A program made the translations under genes and the position numbers. The notes beneath the pieces were generated by a model, which was given only the letters and a program-made list of their open reading frames with translations, searched no databases and was not told where the DNA came from. 64,000 nucleotides of DNA from assembly GCF_009914755.1 (NCBI RefSeq), contig NC_060942.1. One strand, written 5' to 3'. Source of the DNA: the human T2T-CHM13v2.0 reference genome, Homo sapiens. Positions 29,123 to 41,977 of the stretch are shown in pieces (within the stretch, counting starts at the first letter, position 1; the number at the start of each line of letters is the position of its first letter).

Positions 29123-29701
29123 CTAAGCAGGACAGATCCATCACTAAATTGTTAACCTCCACTTTCAACTCTAGGAACTTGAAATCCAAGTCTTTCTCTG
29201 ATTACATCTTAAATCTTTATGTTCTCTGTGTTCTTTGTCTTCTCATTTGAGATGCTTCTTAAGCAATCTCATCTAGTGTCATAGCTTCAACTGCCAACTA
29301 TATCCTAACTCTGCCAGAGCTACTCTCTCAGCCCAGGTTCCTCTGCTGAGTTCCACACCCATGTATTTCTATTGCCTACTGTATATCCTCTTCCTGAATT
29401 TCTATAGGGCTGCCATCTCAATGTATATAATTTTCTTTGTATTTATTTTCAGACTTACTCTTAACAGTTGTGTCCCATGGCCAAAACTTCATCTTTGAAT
29501 TCTCCCTGACTTCATCTGCTGCCTGATCTCACTTACTGTTTTCATCTATTTAAAATTTCTTGATTTCATTTCCTTTCTTTTTAAATTTTCATTTATTGTT
29601 CAATGTTCCAAACTTACAGAATATCATATAAAATGTACAATGTATATGTACAATTTAAAAAATAATCTAAAACTCATGTTAAGAAATATATTACACTAAT
29701 T

Positions 29702-29882
29702 TATTTAAATTTTTATTTTTAATTTTTGTGGGTACATAGTAGGTGTATACATTTATGGGGTACATGAGATGTTTTGATATAGCCATACACTATGGAATAA
29801 TCACATCATGGAGAATGAGGTATCCATTCCCTCAAGCATTTATCCTTTGTATTACAAACAATCCAATTACACTCTTTTAATT
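29702..29882 (-). mobile_element. 5'-truncated L1MA 3' end
   Basis: aatttttgtgggtacatagtaggtgtatacatttatggggtacatgagatg...; TSD attacactaatt. Confidence 0.85.
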
Positions 29883-30729
29883 ATTACACTAATTAGAAAT
29901 TCCCCTTTACTAGTGTATCTTCCCTTTTCCTCCAACCGGTGGTAACCACTGTCTAGATTTCTGTTTTAATCATTCTCTTGCTTTTATTTATAATTTTGCC
30001 ACTTGGTTAGGTATTATTAAAAGATACATTATTAAGTTTTGAAACAATTGGTAGCAAGAACAAATACAATTGTGCAAACAGAATGTAGTAGATGAGTGCT
30101 CTCAGTAGAAGATAGACTGAAGAGTCTTAGATTCTCTGAGACTAAGAGTTGCCAGGTATTCTTTCTAGGACAGTCAATGAGCAAAGTCACAAGAGATTCT
30201 TGGAAACACAGGCTTACCTCGTTGAAGTATTTGGCAGGGCTCCCACGTAGGCCAGGTACTATATGTCCAGCAGGATTACAGGCATGGGAAGTGGGCTGCT
30301 GTGTATTTTCTTCTTCAAAGATTACCATGGCCTGTTTTAAGCTCTTAGGGGTAGGTCAAAGCTGAACTTTTCTGTAGAACAAAATGAGTGTCCTAAGCTG
30401 GTCCATGCAATAGGTATGTGAGGAGAATGAGGGCTTCATTAGCACTTGATCAGGATAAAACAGGTACAGATTAGAATCTGGACCAGAGTCTCCCAGGCAT
30501 TCTGTTCTTAGGTCAACACAATGATACAATGACAGGGGGCATGCTAGTGTTGTCAATGTCTTGAATTACTCTGCTCTAATCTGCTCTTGTTGCCCTCTCT
30601 GTCTGATTCACAGCAGTCATTCTGGGGTGTTTCTTCCCTGTCTTCCTGGGAATTCTCTACATTTCTTTCTTTGCTGCATTTGCTAATGTTTTAATTTACT
30701 CTGTGGCTCTCTATCGCCACCATCTAAGC

Positions 30730-31630
30730 ATATCTTGAGAAAGAGCACATGAGGGGTTAAATTTCTAAGACATTTCATATATATAAATATTTTTATTTTT
30801 CCTTTATATTTGATTAATAATTTAGCTGGGTAGAGAATTCTAAGTTGGAAATGATTTTCCTTCATAATTTTGAAGGCATTGTTTCTGATGTTGCTGTTGA
30901 AAAGCCTGGAGCCATGTTCATCTCTTAGACTTTGCATGTAACTTGCTTTTTTCCCCCAAAAAACATGTAGAATCTTTTTTTTTCATTCTTGGTGCTTTGA
31001 AGTCAGTTTACTTTCATCCACTGTGTTGGAAATTCAGTGGGCTTTTTTGATGGGATAATCTATGCCTTTCAGTTCCGGGAAATTTTCTTGAATTATTTTC
31101 TTAATGATTTTCTCCTTTCCATTTCTCTGTTCTATCTTTATACAACCTCTGTTATTCAAATTTTGGGACTTCTGGATATGTCCTTAATTTTCTCTTTTCT
31201 GTTTTCTATCACTTTGTCTTTTCACTAATTTCTGGATAACTGTGGCAACTTTATTCTTTAGTCTTTCTACTTAATTTTTATTTTTGCCATCAAAATTTAA
31301 CTTCATTTAAAAACTTTTTAAATTGAGGTTAAATTATACACATATAATTTACTATATTTACCATTTTTAAGTATACAGTTCAGTAATAATAAATACATTC
31401 ATATTTTTTTCCCTCCCTGCTACCCTTCCTGGCCTCTGATGATTACAAAATTTGAGTTCTAAGAGCTTTTTGTTTTCTGAGTTTTTAAAAATTGTACTGT
31501 TTTCTTGTTTCATGCATCCAATGTCTTCACTTACCTCTAGGAAGATAATAATGATGGTTTCTTTCTCTTTGTGTATTGCCTCTGTTTCCTCTGGGTTCCT
31601 TTCTTTTGTGTGTTTTGGCCTCTATTTTGC
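30730..31630 (-). mobile_element. HAL1 / L1 ORF1-like fragment, with a short L1 3' piece inside
   Basis: Track peptide NAFKIMKENHFQLRILYPAKLLIKYKGKIKIF resembles the ORF1p C-terminus. Confidence 0.7.
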
Positions 31631-31639
31631 ATATAGGAG

Positions 31640-32030
31640 TGCCGAGTATCCTTCATTTGTTTTCCCAAATCCACTCTCACCCTTCTCTCTACTTTGAGCT
31701 TTGGGTGGCTGGCCTCTATGGACAGTATCAACAGGTCTCTGTGCCCTCTGGGTTTCATGTGGGCTTAGCCCATGGCAAGCACCAGGAGCTTGTAGGGAGT
31801 GAAGAGAATGATGTTGGAGTATTTATGGCCCTAGCTCTGTTTCTGTGGGCTTACTACATGCCAGCTGTGCCCCTTAATCAAAGGTGTTTGCCAGGCAGTC
31901 CTTTTCACACAGCCCTGTCTGTCTCTGGGTTCTAGTAACTTTTCTTCCCTCCCTCGTCCTTTCTGGCCTAGCAATGGCAATCAAGACTTAGTGTAATTAT
32001 CTCCAGGAGAGGCCACTATCCCTTGCGGTT
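31640..32030 (+). mobile_element. Old ERVL LTR (LTR33-like)
   Basis: ggacagtatcaacaggtctctgtgccctctgggtttcatgtgggcttagcccatggcaagcacc. Confidence 0.55.
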
Positions 32031-32429
32031 CATTTCTAGCTTCTAGTACTATAATAATATTATAATTTATTTTTTAGCCTCAAGCTTTCTCTGAATCCAT
32101 TCTTCATTCAACCATTAAGAAGATGATTTAAAACAATTCTTCAGTGGTTTCTCACTGTCTGTGGGATAAAATTCAAGCCCGTAAATTGAGCTGAACCTGA
32201 GATATTATTTCTCTCAGCACTCTTTTCATGTATTTCTTTCCACTGGCACTGTATCCCGGGTTACTACCAGTCAGAGTTCTAACGATTGCACCACTACGCC
32301 GTGGCAGAGGTTATCAGTACTCACCCTATAAACATGGATGGGGTTCTCATTTTCAGCCAGCTGGTGGGTGATCCAGCTCCAAAATCTCATTTTAAAGTTT
32401 GCTTCCTAGGATCATTGCTAATAACAATA

Positions 32430-32830
32430 GTGTCAGATTAAATTCCCCAGGAAGCATATGCTGAGATGGGGACTGTTCTCGAGCATGAAATCAATAAGGG
32501 AGGAAGCAGAATTGGGCAGTGAATTGAATGAATTGCAAAGCAGTAGTTGCAATAGAGGCCTCAGCTGATCCCACAGGGAGCTGGTGGACTGAGTTGACCC
32601 TTCACAGTTATCTAGCATTAAAGCAATGGGCAAAAACTTTTGTAGTCACCCACCAGTCACTGGTTGTGGGACTGCCTCCTGAGAAGAGGCCTTAATCTTG
32701 GGTTTGGCTCCCTTTGGATGAAGCAATTAATGCTCACAGAGGGACCCAGCTGTAGCCAACAGGAGCCAACACTCCCAGCACCTTGGTCCCAAATGGGGAG
32801 TATGATGATCACCAGCTTCCATCCCAACAT
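32430..32830 (-). mobile_element. Old ERVL LTR (LTR16-like)
   Basis: ttccccaggaagcatatgctgagatgg...gaggcctcagctgatcccacagggagct. Confidence 0.6.
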
Positions 32831-33647
32831 ATAATGCCCTGTATGTCTGGCTCCTGCCTCTCTCATCAGCTTATTTCATGCCAGTCCCTATCACACATAC
32901 ACAGTCCAACTATTCTGAAGTACTCCTAGTTCGGTATATGAGCTGTAGATTTTCTCTGCTCATGCTGTTCCATCTACCTAAAATACCTTCCTCCGATTGC
33001 TTTTTGTGTTCCTAGTCGTATTTTAATCCTGCATGTCTGAGGTCAGAGTTACTTCTCTGATTTCTACCCCTCTGCCACAGTTTGAGTTTGGAGTCCCTTA
33101 AATTTGCTTTCAAACTCCATTCATACATCACAGATCTTACCACATGATACTGAGACTCCCTGCAGATGTATCTATCTCCTAACTAAACTCTTGTCCCCTC
33201 CCCCCCAGGCCAGTTGGCATCTTATTTGTCTTTGAATGCATAGCACCTGACACATGCTCGCAACATGGTAGATATCTCACGAGAGTTTGGTGAAGAAATT
33301 AACTGTTAGTGTCATTGCTTAAGTACATATTGTTTAATTTTTGAAATACTCATTTTCACTGGTTTTATAGTCTTATCAAGAAATGACACTCACATACAAA
33401 TGTTTACTGAACCTCAACTATGTAGACATGTGTTGGAAGATTTTATGAAATAGCTCACATATCACTGTCTCTGGTCTCTCAGAGCTCATTATTTACTAGG
33501 AGAAATAAATTTTTAACAGGTAATTATTTATTATTCACAACAGAAGTTTAAACAAGATGTGTACATATCAATTGACTAATGGCTGTCTCTGGCAGTAGAC
33601 GTTCATCTCTGTTCTTTTTAGACTGTAGCTGTATCTACTAGCTTTCT

Positions 33648-33828
33648 CTTTTTAAAAATAGGGTCACAATTTTAATCCAAAATTTGCAGATTTGGGCTAT
33701 TTCTGTATGATCCAATAACTAATTTGTCAAAGGGCTTAATTTGCTATTTTTGGGAATTTGTCAGCTCATCTGTCTGAATTTTCACAATTGGTATTATGTC
33801 ACTAGCTACCTGATATGGCTATTTCCCA
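33648..33828 (-). pseudogene. Orphan 181-bp retroposed insertion (candidate 5'-truncated mRNA 3'-end retrocopy)
   Basis: Flanking direct repeats ctgtatctactagctttct (33629-33647) and ctgtatctagctttct (33829-33844); minus-strand ATTAAA shortly before a short A-rich end. Confidence 0.55.
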
Positions 33829-33850
33829 CTGTATCTAGCTTTCTATAAGG

Positions 33851-34015
33851 CAGTGCTTTCCAAAATTTAATGTACATTCTAACTGCCTGGAGAACTTTGC
33901 AAAATGCAGATTCTGCTTCAGAAGGCCTAGAGTAGAATCCCAGATTCTGCATTTTGAACAATCTTGTAGGTGTCACCAATGTTGTTAGTCAAGGAACACA
34001 TTTAGTGTAGCAAGG
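33851..34015. mobile_element. MER5-like hAT-Charlie MITE
   Basis: cagtgctttccaaaatttaatgtacatt...aaaatgcagattctg...ttctgcattttgaaca. Confidence 0.75.
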
Positions 34016-35947
34016 CTCTTAGACACATTTTTTAAAAAAACTGCACTTGAAGTCATCTACAGTTGGTAGATAAATGTTCGCGTCTACCTCCTTACTGATT
34101 TTCCCTGGGAGAACTTTCTTAATAAATCTTCATCTGGTAATCAGCTTCTAAGCACTGAGACAAAGATACCAGACATCCCCCACTCCTTCCTTCTCTTGCC
34201 ACCCAAATACTGATTCCTTAAGGTAACTGCTGGCATTAACCTTTATTACCTCTCATATCATAAAAAATCCTAATTTCCAAATTCTGCAAATAGAACTTTG
34301 GTTGAATTCATATCTTTAATCAATGAATAACATACATATTTTTTAATGTTCAGCATTTTATAAATGAATTTAGTAATGAAGAAATAAGCCTGTAGTCTTT
34401 TTTCCTTCTGCCTTGCATAACTCAGCAATAAACTTGTTCCAACTATTTGAACAGTTTTTCAGTTATACAGTTATTGTTTATTCAGATACTGAACTTTTTC
34501 TGTTGGGATTTTGCTTCTGGTTCTTAAGTCTTGGTGATGCCTAACCAAAGATCAGTCTGACAGTGACACAGCTCTTAGGGAAGGAAATAATGATTATTGC
34601 TTGTGGGGTGGATGTGTTCCCATGTGGAGTCAGTGTTAGTAATGGGCATCTGGCCTTGAGAAATGCACTTGCTTGGAGGAGGAGGAGGATGCAATGCAAT
34701 TGAGTTAAGCTCTTACTGAGATTGCGGTATCTCCTTGGGATGAAAAATGATCAAATGTGAGACACTCTAGCTCAAAACTGGACAATGCTACCAGTGAATT
34801 TATCTCCAAAAAATAATTTGCTCTGATTCCTGGTCCTCCAAGAATACTACCCAAACTAGGGTCAAATGAGAGTTGGATGATTAAGGGTATTAATTTCTGA
34901 AGTTGATTTTAATCTACTCTGTAGCAGAAAACCTATTTACTTAGATGACGTGAGATTTGGGGGACAGCTCTGCTTTGGCTGGAGTCCTGGGAATTGAGAG
35001 TTCATTGAGAGGCATTTACATTTGTGGTGTTGCCTCCAGGATAAACAACGATGGCAACAACACTGACCACAACAACATAAACACTGCTCGCAATTGGGCT
35101 GAAGATAAACTGAATCCCTTCCATTGGTTGTGGAAGAGGAATAATGCGGGTATGGAGGGGTAGGACCACTGGGCAAGCATCATGGGAAGAAGGAAAACGG
35201 TGTCTCCTGGAGAAATTTGACTGTAAAGGGAGAAACTTTCTGTAGAGTAATCTAGACCTTGCAACAAAGCCTGTGGATCAGAGAGGAGCAGCAGTTGGTT
35301 CTGGTGGACTGTTATTTAAGCAGCCTTACCCATCTTCCCTTGTGGTGCCTGCAGGCTTAGGGACCCTTGTATACAAGGTGAACGTCATAAGTTGATGAGA
35401 TCTTGGGTTTCCAGCAAGACCACTGTACCTCCTCCCTTTCCTCATTTTAAACACAGCATAAGTCAGAGGGAAAGAACATTGCTCTTATGGATTTTCACTG
35501 ATTGCACCTGGCCAGTGGTGGCATCGTTGCTTCGTGTGCAAGGGCACCTCTGAAGGCCAGAGCAGGCTCTTGCCTACAAAAACCTGGCTTAGCTCATTTA
35601 TGCTCCCATGTGGATAAAGGAAAGCACAAGGAGAAAAGTTACTAGGGGTTGAAAGCTCAGAGGTGGGCCTCTGGTTCTGGATGAGGGAAGACACAGGAGT
35701 AGGAAGGGTGTGGAGTGGGGAGGCCTGGAAGGTGACACTGGTGAACAAAGCTGTGAGGGATCTGGGCTTCCCAAGGGTGCTGGGGCTGGGAAGAGAGGAG
35801 GAGAGAAAAGGAGGGCCAAGAGGAATTCGAGAATTGCTGGTGGAGACTGGCTGCTCAGGGAAGCCAGGAGAGTGTAATAAACCACGAACAGGAGAAAGTC
35901 AGAACATTTCTCTGAGTACATCTTCACATGGAAGATGGAAGTAAGAT

Positions 35948-36445
35948 TGATGCAGAGCAGGCGAGCCCCAAAATTGGAGCTTAGCCCGGGAGTGTTCTTG
36001 GCTTCACCCAGGAAAGAATTCAAGGGCGAGCTGGTGGTGTTGGCAACTTTTATTGAAGTGGCAGTGTACAGCATCGGCAGAGGTACTGCTCCTTATGGAG
36101 CAGGGCTACCCCGTAGGCAGTGCTCCCAGAGTAGCAGCTAAAAGGCAGTTTTGCAGTCATATTTATACTCACTTTTAATTATATGCAAATTAAGGGGCAG
36201 ATGCAGAAATTTCCAGAAAGGGTGCTAACTTCCAGGTTGTTGGGTCATTGCCATGGAAAGGGATGGCAACTTCTGGGTGTTGTCATGGAAATGGTAAATT
36301 GCCATGGCACACTGGTGGGCATGTCTTATGGAAAGCTACTTCTGCCCTGTCCCTGTTTTAGCTAGTCCTCACTTTGCTCCAGTGTCCAAGTCCTGCCTCT
36401 GAAGTTGAGTGTCACCTCCTGAGTTGAGTTCCACCTTCTACCTCA
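35948..36445 (-). mobile_element. ERV1 solo LTR (MER66-like)
   Basis: TG...CA ends; 4-bp TSD AGAT at 35944-35947 and 36446-36449; reverse complement starts TGAGGTAGAAGGTGGAACTCAACTC. Confidence 0.8.
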
Positions 36446-38187
36446 AGATGACCATGAAAGAAAGAAAATAACCCAAGGGTCTAGGCTAAAGGAAGAACCA
36501 GAGAGATAACTGGTATGAGAACAGCATGAGTTTTGGGAAACTAGTTATGCTTTAAACTCACATCAAGCTGATTTAATGAAATATAAGTGCATATGCATAT
36601 AACTTATATGAACTATATTATCAATTTTGAGATCCCAACACACTGTTATACAACTGTGTGTTCACTGAAATGGCCTTGGCCGTCATACAGTAGGTTCATT
36701 TGGGGAAAGAGAGGGAAATAGTTGTAGTTCTAAAAGCGAGGTTCTTAGAGGGGGAAAGGCCACAATTTAATGAGCAAAATTGTCAACTTATAGCCTTATC
36801 AGGTGTTCAGCCTTACGCAATGTGCTGGAAATTCAAAGGTCCCTGCTCTTAAATGATGTTGTCCGCTAGAGGGTCATAGCAACCACGTGCTAGGATGACC
36901 AAGGGGAAGGAGCTGAAAGAATCCATGTCAGAGGCTGGATGGTACACAGATTGGTTAGGGACTGTCCAGAAGATGTCTTCCAGGCATATTCATTGCATAT
37001 CAGGAAAGATTATCCTACGAAAATATTTCAGATGTATAAAAATTTGTAAAGGATAAAACATTGGGTACTTATGTGCTCATCACCCAAATTAAGAAACAAA
37101 AACAAAAAACACAGATAAAGTCCCTTGTGTAACCATTCCTGAGACATCTCAGTGAGTTTGCACTTGTCTTTAAGATCCTCAATGGGCTGTCTTCTTATAG
37201 GACCTAACATTTGCAGGTCCTTGGATGAATTAGGACTGTGATTGTTGAGGGGATTATGAAATAAGGAAGGTTAGTCCCCAAAATACCTAACTGGAGGAAC
37301 CTCTCCCCTTTAAACTGGAGTCTTTTTCTTACAGCTCAGAACTTGGGGATCAAGAGACCTCCTGCCTAATCCCAAAGCTTGGGACTTGATTTCCTGTGAG
37401 GCCTGGGGTTTGAAATAATCCAGGGTAGAAATAAGAGTGTAAAGGAGCACTTAGTCATCCCCTAAGCAGGCCTAAGCTGCTTATCTATGTTAGAAAATAG
37501 GAACTTTCAAAGGGAACAGTTGTCTCCCTTTGAAGAAACTGTCAGTGGAAAAGCTTTTAAAAATAATTTCCTTGTGAAACGCATAATGCTCTTATGCATA
37601 ACTCTCTGACACTGCTGTTTAGCAGACTCTTCCATTTGTATGAGCTCTGGAATATGAAACATTTCTTGTGCAGACTCAGAAAATAGCTTACTTATCACAC
37701 TGTGCCTGTCAGCTGCATTGTAGGTGCCAGCCTAGTGCAGTGGTATGATGGGTAAGGCCGGTTCTGGGTGATGTCTGTGCTGCTGAGATCAGGGTCTTTA
37801 GAAGTCATGGTGTCTGAAGGTTTAAAAAAGAGCAGATGGGTTAGCAGCACTCTGCCTGCCTGCCATTCTCAGAGGTCTGGTGGGAGTATAGTTCTGTTAG
37901 GTCCTCTGGGCTGGGAAGAGCCTGCCTGGGAGGTTCCACTGGAGAGTAACAATGATCCAGGATAACACATATCTCTTGTTTTTGGCTGTTGCAATCTGCA
38001 GCAAGGGCGTAGCTGGAGGGTTCCAGAAAGATTCAGCAGGTTTGAGGACTCACAGTTCATTGGATCATTTGACTAAATTCCACAAAATTATTGTGAAAAT
38101 AATAGCAGCGTACTATTATTGAGCACTTACTATGAAAGCACAAACAATGCACGGAGCTTGTATTTTTTAACACATTATCATATTGAT

Positions 38188-38189
<2 letters not shown>

Positions 38190-38228
<39 letters not shown>

Positions 38229-38509
38229 AGACGGAGTCTCACTCTGTCACCCAGACTGGAGTGCAGTGGCACCATCTCGGCTCACTGCAAGCTCTGCCTC
38301 CCGAGTTCACGCCATTCTCCTGCCTCAGCCTCCTGAGTAGCTGGGACTACAGGGGCCCGCCACCACGCCCAGCAAATTTTTTGTATTTTTTAATAGAGAC
38401 AGGGTTTCACTGTGTTAGCCAGGAAGGTCTCGATCTCCTGACCTCGTGATCCGCCCGCCTTGGCCTCCCAAAGTACTGGGATTAGAGGCGTAAGCCACCA
38501 CGCCCGGCC
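38190..38509 (-). mobile_element. AluY-like element inserted in a MIR
   Basis: 38-nt T tail; TSD atattgattctt; AluY diagnostic positions. Confidence 0.95.
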
Positions 38510-38829
38510 ATATTGATTCTTATCCCAAATGCTATTAGGTAGTTTTATTACTCTCCACTTTAGAAATGAAGAAGAGGTTAAATAACTTTCCTAGGGCCAC
38601 ACAGTCTAGAAGTTGCAGGGCTAGGGTTTGAATGTAGGTCAATTGGCTTAAAAGTCTGCATTCTTTTCACCTTGCCAATGATTCCTTAATCAGTGTGCCT
38701 AACAAAAGTCAGAGACTTGGTCCCTATCCTTATGAGATTCTTATTTATTAGGTCTAAAGTGGGGCTGCATTTTTAATGTACATTTTAAACACACTCCACA
38801 GTTGATTTTGATGCAGGTGGTTGAAGTCC

Positions 38830-39560
<731 letters not shown>

Positions 39561-39565
39561 AGTAC

Positions 39566-39932
39566 CGTTACTAGAGACTAAGTGTTTATGTCCCCCCAAA
39601 ATCCCTCTGTTGAAACCTAGGCCTTTGGGAAGTGATTAGGTCATGAGGGTGGAGCCTTCATCAATGAGACCCAAGATTAGTCTAATTAGACTAGTGGTGG
39701 GATTAGTGGCCTTATAAAAGAGACCCCAGATAGCCCCCTCACCCCTTCTATCGTGTGACAACACAGTGAGAAGATGGCTATGTCTGAACCTGGAAGGCTT
39801 CACTGGACACTGAATCTGCTGTGACTAATCTTGGACTTCCCAGCCTTCAGAACCATGGGAAATGAATTTCTGTTGTTTATAAGCCACGCAGTCTATGGTA
39901 TTCTGTTGCAGCAACTTAAATGGACCAAGACA
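39566..39932 (+). mobile_element. MLT1A0-like MaLR solo LTR
   Basis: gtgtttatgtccccccaaaatcc...gattaggtcatgagggtggagcc...tggaccaagaca. Confidence 0.85.
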
Positions 39933-40809
39933 ACCACACTTGAAGAAACACTGGAATGTGCCTATACCAATGGCCAAGCCATTTTCAGGGCATCTGCAGC
40001 CATGTAGAAGCAGAGAATCTATCACAGAAAGTGGGGTGTTAACTCAGATGGGTTAGTTTCCCTGTCCAGGAGACCCACAAGGGGTGCACTTCAGCTTCCC
40101 AGTGGTTTTGGTTCTAGGGTGGGGTTGGCATGAGTGCGTGTTCCCAGCCCAGATCTCTGGGTCTGCTGAAAAGAAGCCCAAAGAAGTTTTCTGGATCTTC
40201 TCTTCTGTCTATCTAGTCAAAAACTCTGGGTGACAGCCAGTCACATCTGGATTTCTTGGGCCTTCCTGTACACCATTGTCTCAGCTTCAAATCCACATAT
40301 TATAATTGGTTGGAACTGAACTGATTTTGAGCAGGATACATGACTTTATTTCTTGGCAACATGCTTCCAATGGCACATTCTCCAGCCATTACTGGGGAGC
40401 CAGTGGGACCACTTCCACCTTAGAACGAGGCCTGCAAGGAAAGAGAGTGCAAATCAACCCTTCTGGGTCTGGCACAAAGTAAATTCTCAGTAAATACCAA
40501 TAGAATGATTTCTCCTTAAGAAATAAATAGAGCAGGTCAGTCTCCACAGGTCCTCACCCAAGCAGGTGGGAAAAGTCAAATTGGCAGGGGTCCCCATATT
40601 CCCTACCTCCATCCTTCTCTGCTCCATAGCACTAGCCCTTATTTTCCACCACAGTACCGAGGTGCCCATTGAGGACCCTCCTGGAAATGGAGGGTCATGG
40701 AAAGGAAGAGGTGTTTTCTGATTCAGTACCATTACACTAGTTAAGATGTTCTGGGTTGTGATGGGTTGCATAACAGAATCAGGAAAACTCCCCGTAAATT
40801 GATACACTT

Positions 40810-41130
40810 GGCTGGGTGCGGTGGCTCACACCTGTAACCCCAGCACTTTGGGAGGCTGAGGCGAGCAGATCACTTGAGGTCAGAGACCAGCCTGGCCAAC
40901 ATGGCAAAGCCTCATCTCTACTAAAAATATAAAAATTAACCAGACGTGGTGGTGAACACCTGTAGTCCCAGCTACTCAGGAGGCGAGACAGGAGAATCAC
41001 CTGAACTTGGGAGGCAGAGGTTGCAGTGAGCCGAGATTGTGCCACTGCCCTCCAGCCTGGGTGACAGAGCAAGACTCCTTGTCAAATAATAATATAATTA
41101 TTATTATAATTATAAAATAATAATAATAAT
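40810..41130 (+). mobile_element. Alu with (TAA)n tail
   Basis: ggctgggtgcggtggctcac...; flanks share atacact. Confidence 0.93.
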
Positions 41131-41750
41131 ACACTCAAATTCAGCCAGTTTTCACCCTGGCACATAAAAGATATGGCTGAAAAGCCACCTGTTGAGAAGC
41201 TCTGGGAGATCTAGAAAACTTCCAGTCAAAGCTGTCTGACATGTGTCTGATTTTCACAGGATCTGGTGATTTATCGGCTAATACAATATAAAATGTCCAT
41301 GATATACTGCGCTCTCCTGGGGAGGTTCACATTTTAAAGGAGAAGGCATGAGAAAAAAAGACAATACTTTAACAAAAGCATTCCAGGAAGTGATTGCAAA
41401 CGAGGTAGCTAGCAGGAAATGCCTTGGAAATAAGATACAAGTTTCAACCATTCAGATCAGAGACCTCAGCAGGAATATCCTATAACTTATCCTGTTGTGG
41501 GCCCTGCTACAAATGCCCTGCGGCTCCCAGGCACAGGTAGGCCTTCCCTGAGTTTCCAGGTGGGGTTGGACGTATTGAATCTGAGCTGTGGATCCTAGCT
41601 GCGGCGGTCACCTCTGCAGCCTTCTGCTGCGGGAGATTCCTGGCTGCACAGGGTCGTCCTCCTTAGAGTGGCCTCTCTGTGGCATTCAGGTAATGTGCAT
41701 CCCCAGTTGGTCTCTGGGAGATCATCCAAGCAATTTTCAATGCACTAGAG

Positions 41751-41977
41751 CAATAGTTGTCTGTTGGGGCTGATTTCCACTCCTCGCCCCTCCCCACCAA
41801 AGGAATATTTGGTAATATCTGGAGACATTTTTGGTTGTCATAACTGGGATGGGGGCTGGTGATGTTGCTATTGGCATCTAGTAGGTAGAGGCCAGGGATG
41901 CTTCTAAACATCGTACAATGCACAGGACAGCAGTTATTCAATCCAAACATCAATAGTGCTGAAGTGGAGAAACACTG
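41751..41977 (+). mobile_element. MER20 hAT-Charlie MITE
   Basis: atatctggagacatttttggttgtcataact...ttggcatctagtaggtagaggccagggatgc...gagaaacactg. Confidence 0.85.

Noticed and set aside
35598-36074. 158-aa ORF
   Set aside because: Runs out of an ERV1 LTR into purine-rich flank, with no domain similarity I can recognise
36860-36878. CTCF-like motif gtccgctagagggtca
   Set aside because: Mismatch at the conserved GGC core position; not supportable without ChIP data
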